Positions 9,253 through 17,697 of a DNA stretch of 32,000 bases are shown piece after piece (position 1 is the stretch's first letter; every line of letters starts with the position of its first letter). Below the pieces are notes generated by a model. It did no database searches and was not told the DNA's origin. It saw nothing but the letters and a program-made list of their open reading frames with translations. This DNA comes from Erysipelotrichaceae bacterium (GTDB taxonomy: Bacteria > Bacillota_I > Bacilli_A > Erysipelotrichales > Erysipelotrichaceae). A program made the position numbers and the translations under genes. The stretch spans positions 720,001 to 752,000 of the forward strand of contig OY760660.1 in assembly GCA_963663995.1 (NCBI GenBank), in the 5' to 3' direction.

Positions 9253-10086
9253 TTACTCCTTAATACTATGTATGAGTTCACATACATCTTTAACACATTC
9301 TAATGTATTCCCATTATCTTGAACAGGATTAAACTCAACGATGTCACACGATTTTAATGTCTCGTGTTGAAAAACATTTCTTAATATTTCCATTATCTCA
9401 GTTTGATTAAAGCCACCTTTTACCGGCGTATTAACCCCAGGGATTAAATGAGGATCCATCGAATCACAATCAAACGAACAATGAATATTTTGATGTTTCA
9501 TCATAAATTTATTTACTTCTTCAATACACCAAACTAAACCCTTTTCATTGATTTCATTCATCGTGATGATATTAACACCCCACTCCTTCATCAATGTTTC
9601 TTCTAAAGGATCTAAACTGCGAATTCCTACAGTTAAGATATTTTGCGATGGGACAAAGTGATCCATAATCGACACTAAATCAAGATGGCCATAACCTTGC
9701 GTCACCGCTAAAGGCATCCCATGAATTCGTTTTGAAATGGAAGATTCATCAGTATTGCAATCTCCGTGAGCATCAATCCATAAGACAGCCCAATCATCAT
9801 CTTTTGCACTTGCCGCAATCGAACCTATCGCTAAAGCATGATCTCCACCAAAAACCAGTGGAAACTCACCGTTTTTTGTATGTTTAATAATGGATTGTTT
9901 AATACGTTGGTTTAACTCTGTAATCGCTGTTAAATAAAGAGGTTTCTCATCTTTCAATAAACTTTGATCAATTTCTAATATTTCTTCAAAGTCAATGGTC
10001 TCACTTAAAACCTGTATGGCTTTCTCGCCACCAGAAATGTCACAACCTTGAACTAAATTAACCCCTATATGTACTATTTTTTTCAT
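9253..10086 (-). CDS. Arginase-family ureohydrolase (arginase-like)
   Basis: 277 aa. All Mn-binding motifs are present: GGDHALAIGS, WIDAHGDCNT, SFDCDSMDP. The arginase-type IHGMPLA and GIRSLDPLE motifs are also present. Confidence 0.85.
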   Translation of the reverse strand: MKKIVHIGVNLVQGCDISGGEKAIQVLSETIDFEEILEIDQSLLKDEKPLYLTAITELNQRIKQSIIKHTKNGEFPLVFGGDHALAIGSIAASAKDDDWAVLWIDAHGDCNTDESSISKRIHGMPLAVTQGYGHLDLVSIMDHFVPSQNILTVGIRSLDPLEETLMKEWGVNIITMNEINEKGLVWCIEEVNKFMMKHQNIHCSFDCDSMDPHLIPGVNTPVKGGFNQTEIMEILRNVFQHETLKSCDIVEFNPVQDNGNTLECVKDVCELIHSIKE

Positions 10087-10112
10087 ACTTTATTATTATA
10101 CCCAGTCTTTGC

Positions 10113-10138
10113 TTAAAAAAGAACGGTTGCCCCGTTCT
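10113..10138 (-). terminator. Rho-independent terminator after ktrA
   Basis: Minus-strand RNA AGAACGG-GGCAA-CCGUUCU followed by UUUUUU. The 5' arm of the stem overlaps the ktrA stop codon by 2 nt. Confidence 0.7.
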
Positions 10139-10805
10139 AGATTTTACCCTTATATTCCATTGCTTCAAACTTTTTGTTTTCTGCAATGACTAATAAATAA
10201 TCATCTCCATTAACAACATAACTTGCGGTTAAATCAACGTTTAGTTTACCTTCTTTTTCAGTACGATAACCTAAAACGTTAACCCCATATTCGCGTCTCA
10301 AATGTAAATCGATTAATGCTTTACCATGCCACTCTTCAGGTGCTTTAATTTCAAGTAATGAATAATCATCATCAATATCGATCATATCCATTACATTCTC
10401 AGACATTAAGGACTTCGCTACTCGAACACCCATTTCTTTTTCAGGACGAACAACTCGATCCGCCCCAATTTTAAGAAGGATTTGTAAGTTAATTTTATTT
10501 TTAGCTTTCGCAATGATATAGGGAATGCCCAGTTCTTTTAAATGAAGAACAGCCATAATCGATGCCTCAAGTCTTGAACCAGTCGCAATAATTGCAGTAT
10601 CCACATCAGCTACCCCTGACATACGTAATTGATCAATATCGGTAAAGTCTGCTTGAACAGCTTGAGTAACATATTCACTCACGCGCTCAACATTAACCAT
10701 ATCTAAATCCATTCCGATAACATCGTAACCATTTTCACTAAGTGTTTTCGCAATAGTTGATCCAAAGATCCCTAAACCTAAGATCGCAAATGTTTTTCTT
10801 TTCAT
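10137..10805 (-). CDS. ktrA: K+ uptake system peripheral subunit, RCK/NAD-binding (KtrA/TrkA family)
   Basis: 222 aa. N-terminal Rossmann motif ILGLGIFGSTIAKTL followed by an RCK_C-like C-terminus. Lies 3 nt downstream of ktrB. Confidence 0.85.
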   Translation of the reverse strand: MKRKTFAILGLGIFGSTIAKTLSENGYDVIGMDLDMVNVERVSEYVTQAVQADFTDIDQLRMSGVADVDTAIIATGSRLEASIMAVLHLKELGIPYIIAKAKNKINLQILLKIGADRVVRPEKEMGVRVAKSLMSENVMDMIDIDDDYSLLEIKAPEEWHGKALIDLHLRREYGVNVLGYRTEKEGKLNVDLTASYVVNGDDYLLVIAENKKFEAMEYKGKI

Positions 10806-10808
10806 AAA

Positions 10809-12197
10809 TTAACCAATGAGAATATCCGCTTTCGGATAATTCACTTCAATTCCTTTCTTCGTATTTGTATTAATCGATAAAATCATTGTCAGTGGACCAA
10901 TTCGTCCAATAAACATCAATAAGATTATAATCCATTTTCCTAAAACACTTAAATCAGGAGTAATGCCTGTTGATAAACCCACTGTCGCTATCGCACTTGC
11001 TGCTTCAAAAGCAATTTGAGGTAGTGTAAATGGATCGGTGATCGTTAATAAGACAATACCTACAAATAAGATACTTAGTAGAATAACAACGATAATGAAA
11101 GCTTTTCTAAATTGATCACGACCGATACTTCGATTATAAACAGTAATCGAGTCTTTTCCACGAAGTTCAGCAATCACCATCAGAAACAGAATCGCAAAGG
11201 TGGTTGTTTTAAAACCCCCAGCGGTCCCACCAGGTGAGCCCCCGATGACCATATATACCATCATAAATAATAATGTATACACTCTAAAGTTTCCAACATT
11301 TAAGAAAGAGAAGCCAGCTGTACGTAAGGTAATTGAATGAAAAAGTGCATTGAGTAATTTGTCCCATAAACTTAATGGACCAAACGAGTCAGGATTACTA
11401 AATTCAAATAAGACAAAGAAAATAAAACCACTGACAATTAACATGACCGTCATCCAAATAACTAACTTCACATGGACTTGGAAATGCTTCAAAACATATC
11501 TCACTTTCTGTTTTCCTCTAAAGATTAATTTAGAACCTTGAGAGAAATCAAACCATACACCAAAACCTAAACCACCCATGACAATTAATGCGGCAACAGT
11601 CAATATGATAATCGGATCTGAAACATAGTTTGCTAATGAGTTTGCCCCAAAAGGATCAAAACCAGCATTACAGAAAGCTGAAACAGAAATAAAGACAGCA
11701 TTGAATAAACCTTCACCTAAACCAAATTCAGGTATAAAGTGAGCTGCTAAGATAATAATTCCAATAATTTCAAAAAAGGCTGTGTATTTAACAATCGCTT
11801 GGATGAAATGATAGAAATCATGAAAGTTATTACGATTCACTGCTTCAGACATCGCCTTTTTAGTACTTAGCGTTAATTTCCCTTCAATAAAAATAAGGAA
11901 AATAGCGATCAAGGTCATTAAACCTAAACCACCTATTTGCATCAAGATAATCATGATGATTTTTCCAAATAAAGTGAATTGTGTTGAAACAACGAGTGTT
12001 GATAAACCGGTCACACAAACAGCTGAAGTTGCCGTAAAGATATAATCAATAAAAGGCAGAAGTGGTAAAGCATTACTGATTGGCAACATCAATAAAAAAG
12101 TCCCTACTAAAATAACTCCTAAGAAACTTAGGGCAATTTGTTGGGTTGGACTTTTCGTACTAATCCATGCTTTAAAACGTTGGTATTGTTTTTTCAT
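10809..12197 (-). CDS. ktrB: K+ transporter membrane subunit (KtrB/TrkH family)
   Basis: 462 aa polytopic protein. Repeated selectivity-filter-like segments: TGLS, NAGF, RTAGF and TVGLSTG. Confidence 0.85.
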   Translation of the reverse strand: MKKQYQRFKAWISTKSPTQQIALSFLGVILVGTFLLMLPISNALPLLPFIDYIFTATSAVCVTGLSTLVVSTQFTLFGKIIMIILMQIGGLGLMTLIAIFLIFIEGKLTLSTKKAMSEAVNRNNFHDFYHFIQAIVKYTAFFEIIGIIILAAHFIPEFGLGEGLFNAVFISVSAFCNAGFDPFGANSLANYVSDPIIILTVAALIVMGGLGFGVWFDFSQGSKLIFRGKQKVRYVLKHFQVHVKLVIWMTVMLIVSGFIFFVLFEFSNPDSFGPLSLWDKLLNALFHSITLRTAGFSFLNVGNFRVYTLLFMMVYMVIGGSPGGTAGGFKTTTFAILFLMVIAELRGKDSITVYNRSIGRDQFRKAFIIVVILLSILFVGIVLLTITDPFTLPQIAFEAASAIATVGLSTGITPDLSVLGKWIIILLMFIGRIGPLTMILSINTNTKKGIEVNYPKADILIG

Positions 12198-12241
12198 AAA
12201 TACTTGTTTATTTTATGCCTTTTAAATAAAAAATCAAGAAA

Positions 12242-12634
12242 CTAGACAAATTCAAGTTCTAGTGTGATCTCTGCTACTTGTGAAATAGTCGCGAAGACAG
12301 AACAATATTGCGTCGCTAAATCCATTGATTTGCGAATTTGTGCTTCTTTCTCATGTCGTGGACAAGTGACCTTTATCAAGACTTTTTCTAAAGTGCTAGG
12401 AATTGTCTCTCTTTTCTCACCGGATATTTCATAATTCACATAATCAAGTTCAATTCTTTTCTTAACTAAGATATCTAAGAATGTTGAATGTAAACAAGCT
12501 GCTAATGCTCCTTGCAACATATCGTATGGTCTAGCCTTATCATCAGCGATACCGATACCTATTTCACCTTGTTTTAAAACAAGTTTTCCATTAAATCCTT
12601 TTTCAAATTCTATTTTTGCATTTACTTGACTCAT
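12242..12634 (-). CDS. OsmC/Ohr-family protein (putative thiol peroxidase)
   Basis: 130 aa. Two conserved Cys contexts (ALAACLHS and ATQYCSVF). ATGA overlap with the upstream GGDEF gene. Confidence 0.75.
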   Translation of the reverse strand: MSQVNAKIEFEKGFNGKLVLKQGEIGIGIADDKARPYDMLQGALAACLHSTFLDILVKKRIELDYVNYEISGEKRETIPSTLEKVLIKVTCPRHEKEAQIRKSMDLATQYCSVFATISQVAEITLELEFV

Positions 12635-14256
12635 AAAAACTCCTTATTCACCTTTTTATAATAACGCATTTTATCATCATACATCGTATGATCTGCCAAA
12701 TTAAGTGCTGTTTCAAAGTCGATATCCATTTCTTTACTCACAACTAAAGCACCTGTACTTGCACTTAATTTTAATCCTTCGATATCTTCTTGAGCTACGT
12801 CCGCTAGCACACGTTCCTCAATTTTCTCTAATTCTTCTCTATTTACATCAAAGCACATATATAAGAATTCATCTCCACCTAAACGTACAAAGATATCATC
12901 TTCTCTAAAATTGAAGTATTTTCTAACCTTTGATGATAGTCGATGCAAAATAAATTCATAGAAATAGGTTCTTTGGACAAAGCGGATATTATTAATAATT
13001 GCTTGAGAAAATTTCATAATTGCTAAGTCTCCTGCTTGATGACCTAAGCGATCATTTATTTCTTTTAAACCATTAAGATCTCCAAAAACGACAGTGACAG
13101 TATGATTATTTGCCAACATCATATTAAAGCGTTCTTCCGCAATCTTTAAGCCATGAATCCGTGAATATGCACCACTCATCGGGTCATATTTCATTAACAT
13201 TTCTGTATTAATTCGATTCAAGAAGTAAAAATAAAGGATAAAGCCAATTCCATTAAATAAAATAAAGCTATAGATTAGCGAAGAACGTTTAAAGTCAAAA
13301 AGAAAACTTAAGAAATTATCCCAAGAATGATACGGGATTTCACTTTCATTTACTTCTGTGATGACATACCATTCTTCATGATTATTTATCTGTGATTTTT
13401 CAATATATTGCGTTTCTATCGTTAAATAATCAAAATGCAACACATGACTGAAATAGTAGATTTTATCATTGTCACTAACATAGCCTGAATTATTATTTTC
13501 AACGACTTTAAAAACATCAGGGTATTGTGATTTAAAAGAGATTGATGAATTAAACATAAAATCCCAATCAAAGTTTCGATTAGCTGTGTTTAAAATGTAA
13601 TCCCCTTTTTCATTTAAAAGATAAAAATGATCTGCTTGGGATATAACCATATCACTAATAAAGGTATCAATTAGTATATGTGCATCATAATTTAAAACAA
13701 CGATACCTTTTAAGATTCTATTATCATAAACTGTTTGGACAACCCGAATTGTTGGTATGATAGGGAAATGGACAACCCCATTTTCAAGATTTAAATCAAA
13801 TCTAGAAACATAGTACTCGTCTTCTTCTAATTGAATCCCTTCATAGAAAAAAGGACGACTTGAACGGTCTTCTAAATGAGTTGATACAAAGGATGTTTCT
13901 TCATCTTTATCAACCCGAACAATTTCTTGCCCTCTTAAATCAATAAAACGTATTTTATGATATATCCCTTTGTTTTTTGAAAATAGGACCCAATCTGATA
14001 ATAAATCATTTTCCCCATCATCTGTATTCAAGGAACGTAGATAAGTATCTTTTATAAAAGCTAGATCAGCTAGGTTACTAATGATTTGAGTATTTATATT
14101 TTTAACTGCGGCATCAACGATTAATTTTTCATGTGCTAGATAGTCTTCTTTTGTTTGTTCATTTCTTGCTTGTTCCCAATGAAAAAAAACAATCGTCAAA
14201 ATTAAATTGAAAATTAAAGTTAGAATTAATGATAATACAAAAGCTTGTCTTCGCAT
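12631..14256 (-). CDS. Membrane-bound sensor diguanylate cyclase (extracytoplasmic Cache-like domain plus GGDEF)
   Basis: 541 aa. TM helix near residues 5-25, an extracytoplasmic region of roughly 300 aa, and a second TM (SLIYSFILFNGIGFILYFYFL). C-terminal GGDEF domain with DPMSGAYSR, GDLNGLKEINDRLGHQAGD and RLGGDEF. An RxxD I-site (REDD) sits 5 residues before GGDEF. Confidence 0.85.
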   Translation of the reverse strand: MRRQAFVLSLILTLIFNLILTIVFFHWEQARNEQTKEDYLAHEKLIVDAAVKNINTQIISNLADLAFIKDTYLRSLNTDDGENDLLSDWVLFSKNKGIYHKIRFIDLRGQEIVRVDKDEETSFVSTHLEDRSSRPFFYEGIQLEEDEYYVSRFDLNLENGVVHFPIIPTIRVVQTVYDNRILKGIVVLNYDAHILIDTFISDMVISQADHFYLLNEKGDYILNTANRNFDWDFMFNSSISFKSQYPDVFKVVENNNSGYVSDNDKIYYFSHVLHFDYLTIETQYIEKSQINNHEEWYVITEVNESEIPYHSWDNFLSFLFDFKRSSLIYSFILFNGIGFILYFYFLNRINTEMLMKYDPMSGAYSRIHGLKIAEERFNMMLANNHTVTVVFGDLNGLKEINDRLGHQAGDLAIMKFSQAIINNIRFVQRTYFYEFILHRLSSKVRKYFNFREDDIFVRLGGDEFLYMCFDVNREELEKIEERVLADVAQEDIEGLKLSASTGALVVSKEMDIDFETALNLADHTMYDDKMRYYKKVNKEFL

Positions 14257-14344
14257 GATCTCTCTATATTCCCTTAATACTATTGTACGCTAGTTTTATT
14301 TAAAACAAATAGGCTATAATAAATGCGGCAATTAGGAGGCATCT

Positions 14345-15730
14345 ATGTCAAAACATGTCGTAATTATTGGTGGTGGTATATCTGGTTTAATGGCTGCTAC
14401 TCGTTTAGTTGATTCCAATCAAAATTTCAAAGTCACCCTTATCGAAAAAGGGGCTGATATTAAAAATAGAGTTTGTCCAATCATTCAAGGTAAAGTTGAA
14501 TCCTGTATCTCTTGTGCTACCTGTGGCGTTATGGAAGGTTTAGCGGGTGCGGGGGCATTCTCAGATGGTAAATATATTATTTCAACTGAATATGGTGGTT
14601 GGTTAACCGATTTTCTAAATCCCAACACAGTCATCAACTACATTGAACAAGCTGATCAAATTCTTCAAAACCATGGTGCAACTAAAGAGCGCTATATGCC
14701 AAATGATGAACTAAAGACACTATGCTTAAAATATGATTTACATATGCAACAAGCACAAGTTAAACACTTAGGAACTGATGCGAACTATCAAACAATGATT
14801 AAAATGGTAGAAGCCTTAAGAGATAAAATCACAATCATCACACGCGCAAAAGTCACTGACGTTGATCCTGATACAAAATCAGTTACCTACATACAAAACA
14901 AAGAAATGAAAACACTTGTGGGTGATGAAATCATCTTTGCGGTAGGTCGTGCTGGCAGTTCTTTCTTCTCTTCTTGGGCAAAGGAACATCACATACCATT
15001 AACTAATAATCAAGTGGATATCGGGGTTCGTGTCGAACTTCCTTATGAAGTCTGGAAACATTTCTCTGAAAAAATTTATGAACCTAAAATATGGTATCGT
15101 TCAAAACAATATGGTGATCGTACCCGAATGTTTTGTTTTAACGAAAGAGGTCATGTCGTAATTGAAAATACTGATGACATCTTAACCGTCAATGGCCATG
15201 CCTTTAAAGAAGAAGATCGTAAAACCCAAAACTCTAATTTCGCTCTTCTTTCAACGATTCGATTTACCACACCATTTGATGAACCAATCGAATACGCCAA
15301 AATGATCGCTAGTTTAGGTAATCGTATATCTGGTGGCTCAGTGCTTGTACAACGGTTTGGTGATCTAATCAAAGGTCGTCGCACCAATGAAAAACGTTTA
15401 GCGCAAAACTCCGTTATTCCTACGCAAAAAGCCGTCGCTGGTGATTTATCTTTATGTATTCCTAAGCGACAACTCGATAATATTATTGAAACCATTCAAG
15501 CATTAGATAAAGTTGCCCCTGGTACAGCTAATGCAGATACCCTTCTCTATGGAGTTGAAACGAAGTATTATTCAGCCCGGCCAGAGACGAATGATTTTGA
15601 ATTATTAAACAGTGAAGGCATCTATGCGATTGGTGATGGAGCAGGCTTTACCCGTTCATTATCACAAGCAGCTGCCAATGGCTTATATGTGGCCGATAAG
15701 ATTATTGAAAAAACTTTGAAAATTTCTTGA
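14345..15730 (+). CDS. FAD-dependent protein (COG2509-like NAD(FAD)-utilising dehydrogenase)
   Basis: 461 aa. N-terminal dinucleotide fold VVIIGGGISGLMAA, internal Cys cluster CPIIQGKVESCISCATCG, C-terminal GIYAIGDGAG. RBS AGGAGG upstream. Confidence 0.75.
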   Translation: MSKHVVIIGGGISGLMAATRLVDSNQNFKVTLIEKGADIKNRVCPIIQGKVESCISCATCGVMEGLAGAGAFSDGKYIISTEYGGWLTDFLNPNTVINYIEQADQILQNHGATKERYMPNDELKTLCLKYDLHMQQAQVKHLGTDANYQTMIKMVEALRDKITIITRAKVTDVDPDTKSVTYIQNKEMKTLVGDEIIFAVGRAGSSFFSSWAKEHHIPLTNNQVDIGVRVELPYEVWKHFSEKIYEPKIWYRSKQYGDRTRMFCFNERGHVVIENTDDILTVNGHAFKEEDRKTQNSNFALLSTIRFTTPFDEPIEYAKMIASLGNRISGGSVLVQRFGDLIKGRRTNEKRLAQNSVIPTQKAVAGDLSLCIPKRQLDNIIETIQALDKVAPGTANADTLLYGVETKYYSARPETNDFELLNSEGIYAIGDGAGFTRSLSQAAANGLYVADKIIEKTLKIS

Positions 15731-15792
15731 AAATTCATTGAAAAGTCTTTGACTAAAGACAAGCAATTTGATATCTTTAGAAGTGTAAATTT

Positions 15793-15817
15793 GGACAGCA
15801 CATGCTGTCCTATTTTT
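15793..15817 (+). terminator. Rho-independent terminator or leader hairpin between the FAD gene and purA
   Basis: GGACAGCA-CA-TGCTGTCC perfect inverted repeat followed by TATTTTT. It ends about 8 nt before the purA RBS GGGAGGG. Confidence 0.65.
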
Positions 15818-15835
15818 ATGAAAGGGAGGGTATTT

Positions 15836-17119
15836 ATGATTAAAGCTATAGTCGGCGCTAACTGGGGCGACGAAGGAAAAGGTAAACTAACAGACGTTTT
15901 CGCAGAAACAGCAGATGTCGTTGTTCGCTTTCAAGGAGGAAACAATGCTGGTCATACCATCATTAACCATTATGGTAAGTTCGCATTACATATGTTACCT
16001 TCTGGTGTGTTTTATAACCACACAACAAATGTTATTGGGAATGGTGTGGCACTCAATGTCCCTGCTTTCCTAAAAGAATTACAAAGTATTGTTGATGCAG
16101 GCGTACCTATGCCTAAAATCATTGTTTCTGAAAGAGCTCAAGTGGTTATGTCCTATCACATCTTGTTTGACAAACTTGAAGAAGAACGCTTAGGTAAAGC
16201 TTCTTTTGGTTCAACAAAAAGTGGTATTGCCCCTTTCTATTCAGATAAATATGCAAAAATTGGTTTCCAAGTTTCAGAACTTTTCGATGAAAAATGGTTA
16301 CATGAAAAAGTTGATCGTGTCTTAGGTATTAAAAATGCACTACTGGTGAACTTATATGCTCATGTACCACTCACACATGATGAAGTGTTTAAAGAACTCA
16401 TTGAATACCGTGAAGCGATTAAACCATTTGTAACAGATACTGTTAAATATTTCCAAGATGCTGTTGAGGAAGATAAAACCATCTTATTAGAAGGTCAACT
16501 AGGCGCATTAAGAGATCCTGACTTTGGGATTTATCCTTATTCAACATCTTCTTATACACTTGCTTACTATGGACCAATTGGTTCAGGTATCCCTCATCCA
16601 TTAAATGAAGTTTGGGCAGTCACAAAAGCTTACTCTTCAGCCGTTGGAGCTGGACCCTTTGTCGTCGAACTTGAAGGTGATGAAGCTCAAGAGCTAAGAC
16701 GTCGCGGTGGTGATGCAGGTGAATATGGGGCAACAACAGGACGTGCCCGTCGTGTCGGTTACTTCGATGCTGTCGCAACACGTTATGGCTGTCAAGTTCA
16801 AGGGGCAACCAATGTTGCTTTAACAAACTTAGATGTTTTAGCCTACTTAGAAAAAATTCCTGTCTGTGTTGCTTATGAAACAGAAGGAAAACGCCGTGAA
16901 CATTTCCCTAACATTTCTCGTTTAGAAGTTTCTAAACCAATTTATGAATATATTGAAGGTTGGAGAACTGATATCACAGCTATCCGTGATTACAATGAAC
17001 TTCCTGAAAAATGTAAAGCTTATGTTGACGCTTTAGAAAAAATGATTAATGTTCCGATTACATTAGTGTCTAATGGACCTAATCGTGATCAAATCTTACA
17101 TCGCGTTTCAAAATTATAA
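15836..17119 (+). CDS. purA: Adenylosuccinate synthase
   Basis: Start taken at the ATG at 15836 (MIKAIVGANWGDEGKGK), 5 nt after the end of GGGAGGG. P-loop GDEGKGK, QGGNNAGHT, and GATTGRARR (the TTGR motif). The track's TTG at 15749 would add 29 non-homologous residues spanning a terminator. Confidence 0.9.
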   Translation: MIKAIVGANWGDEGKGKLTDVFAETADVVVRFQGGNNAGHTIINHYGKFALHMLPSGVFYNHTTNVIGNGVALNVPAFLKELQSIVDAGVPMPKIIVSERAQVVMSYHILFDKLEEERLGKASFGSTKSGIAPFYSDKYAKIGFQVSELFDEKWLHEKVDRVLGIKNALLVNLYAHVPLTHDEVFKELIEYREAIKPFVTDTVKYFQDAVEEDKTILLEGQLGALRDPDFGIYPYSTSSYTLAYYGPIGSGIPHPLNEVWAVTKAYSSAVGAGPFVVELEGDEAQELRRRGGDAGEYGATTGRARRVGYFDAVATRYGCQVQGATNVALTNLDVLAYLEKIPVCVAYETEGKRREHFPNISRLEVSKPIYEYIEGWRTDITAIRDYNELPEKCKAYVDALEKMINVPITLVSNGPNRDQILHRVSKL

Positions 17120-17125
17120 AAAAAG

Positions 17126-17138
17126 AAGAGAGAATCTT
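17126..17138. repeat. Left arm of an inverted repeat split by the IS insertion (former purA/cvpA terminator stem)
   Basis: AAGAGAGAATCTT is the perfect reverse complement of 20092..20104. Preceded by an A-run immediately after the purA stop. Confidence 0.7.
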
Positions 17139-17272
17139 AAACTGTACCCTATAGAGTAGACACGATAAAAAAGTGTTACCCTTGAAGTAGTAAAGTAAAA
17201 GTAGACACAAGAAAAAACCATTTTCTTGAATAAAGTCTACTTTTTTCTTATACCTAAAGAAAAGGAGGTTAT

Positions 17273-17650
17273 ATGAGAGGAAGACCAAAAGGTGGGAAGA
17301 ACAGAAAATACGAATTAGAATTTATGATTGAAGTAATTAATCGTTATTTAGAAGATAGAGTTTCACTACCTCGCTTAGAATCGGAATTAAACATTAGTCA
17401 TTCCGTCATCAGAAACTGGATAAGACATTATCGAGAGAATGGAATTGAAGGTCTTAGAACCATTCACAAGGGCAAAGGCAACCCTTATTCAGCCCTGTAT
17501 ACAAGTAAAAATTTAACTGAAGTTGAACGTTTAAAACTTGAGCTTATGAAACGAGACATTGAAATTGAACGCTTAAAAAAAGGATACACCGTGAAAGGAG
17601 TTGGTTCACAGAAGGAATACGTTACACTATCCGGCAAGACTATCAAATAG
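17273..17650 (+). CDS. IS-A transposase OrfA (HTH domain)
   Basis: 125 aa. HTH and leucine-zipper-like region; RBS AAGGAGG upstream. Contains the in-frame slippery run A AAA AAA G at 17575..17582. Confidence 0.85.
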   Translation: MRGRPKGGKNRKYELEFMIEVINRYLEDRVSLPRLESELNISHSVIRNWIRHYRENGIEGLRTIHKGKGNPYSALYTSKNLTEVERLKLELMKRDIEIERLKKGYTVKGVGSQKEYVTLSGKTIK

Positions 17651-17697
17651 CTGATGGATTAAAAGATAAATATTCAATTACTCAATTACTTAAAGAA

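Noticed and set aside
12198-12241. c-di-AMP (ydaO/kimA-type) riboswitch upstream of ktrB
   Set aside because: Only 44 bp of AT-rich spacer is available, with no conserved structure, so it is too short for that riboswitch.
12631-14256. Possibility that the GGDEF enzyme is a Hypr-type cGAMP synthase or an inactive receptor
   Set aside because: The guanine-specifying Asn (KEIND) and Asp (HQAGD) and the full GGDEF motif are retained, so nothing in the sequence supports altered specificity or inactivity.
15749-15835. N-terminal extension of purA from a TTG at 15749
   Set aside because: The extension crosses a terminator hairpin and is not homologous to PurA. The ATG at 15836 has a strong RBS and yields the canonical N-terminus. 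Similar over-extensions were trimmed for the GlpK-like gene (9249..9296), the Mrp gene (22306..22380), the purine permease (26970..27002) and the second GntR gene (24652..24702).
17079-17288. 69-aa minus-strand ORF spanning the purA 3' end and the IS left ends
   Set aside because: It runs across the terminator arm and both IS inverted repeats and hairpins. It is antisense to functional elements and has no RBS.
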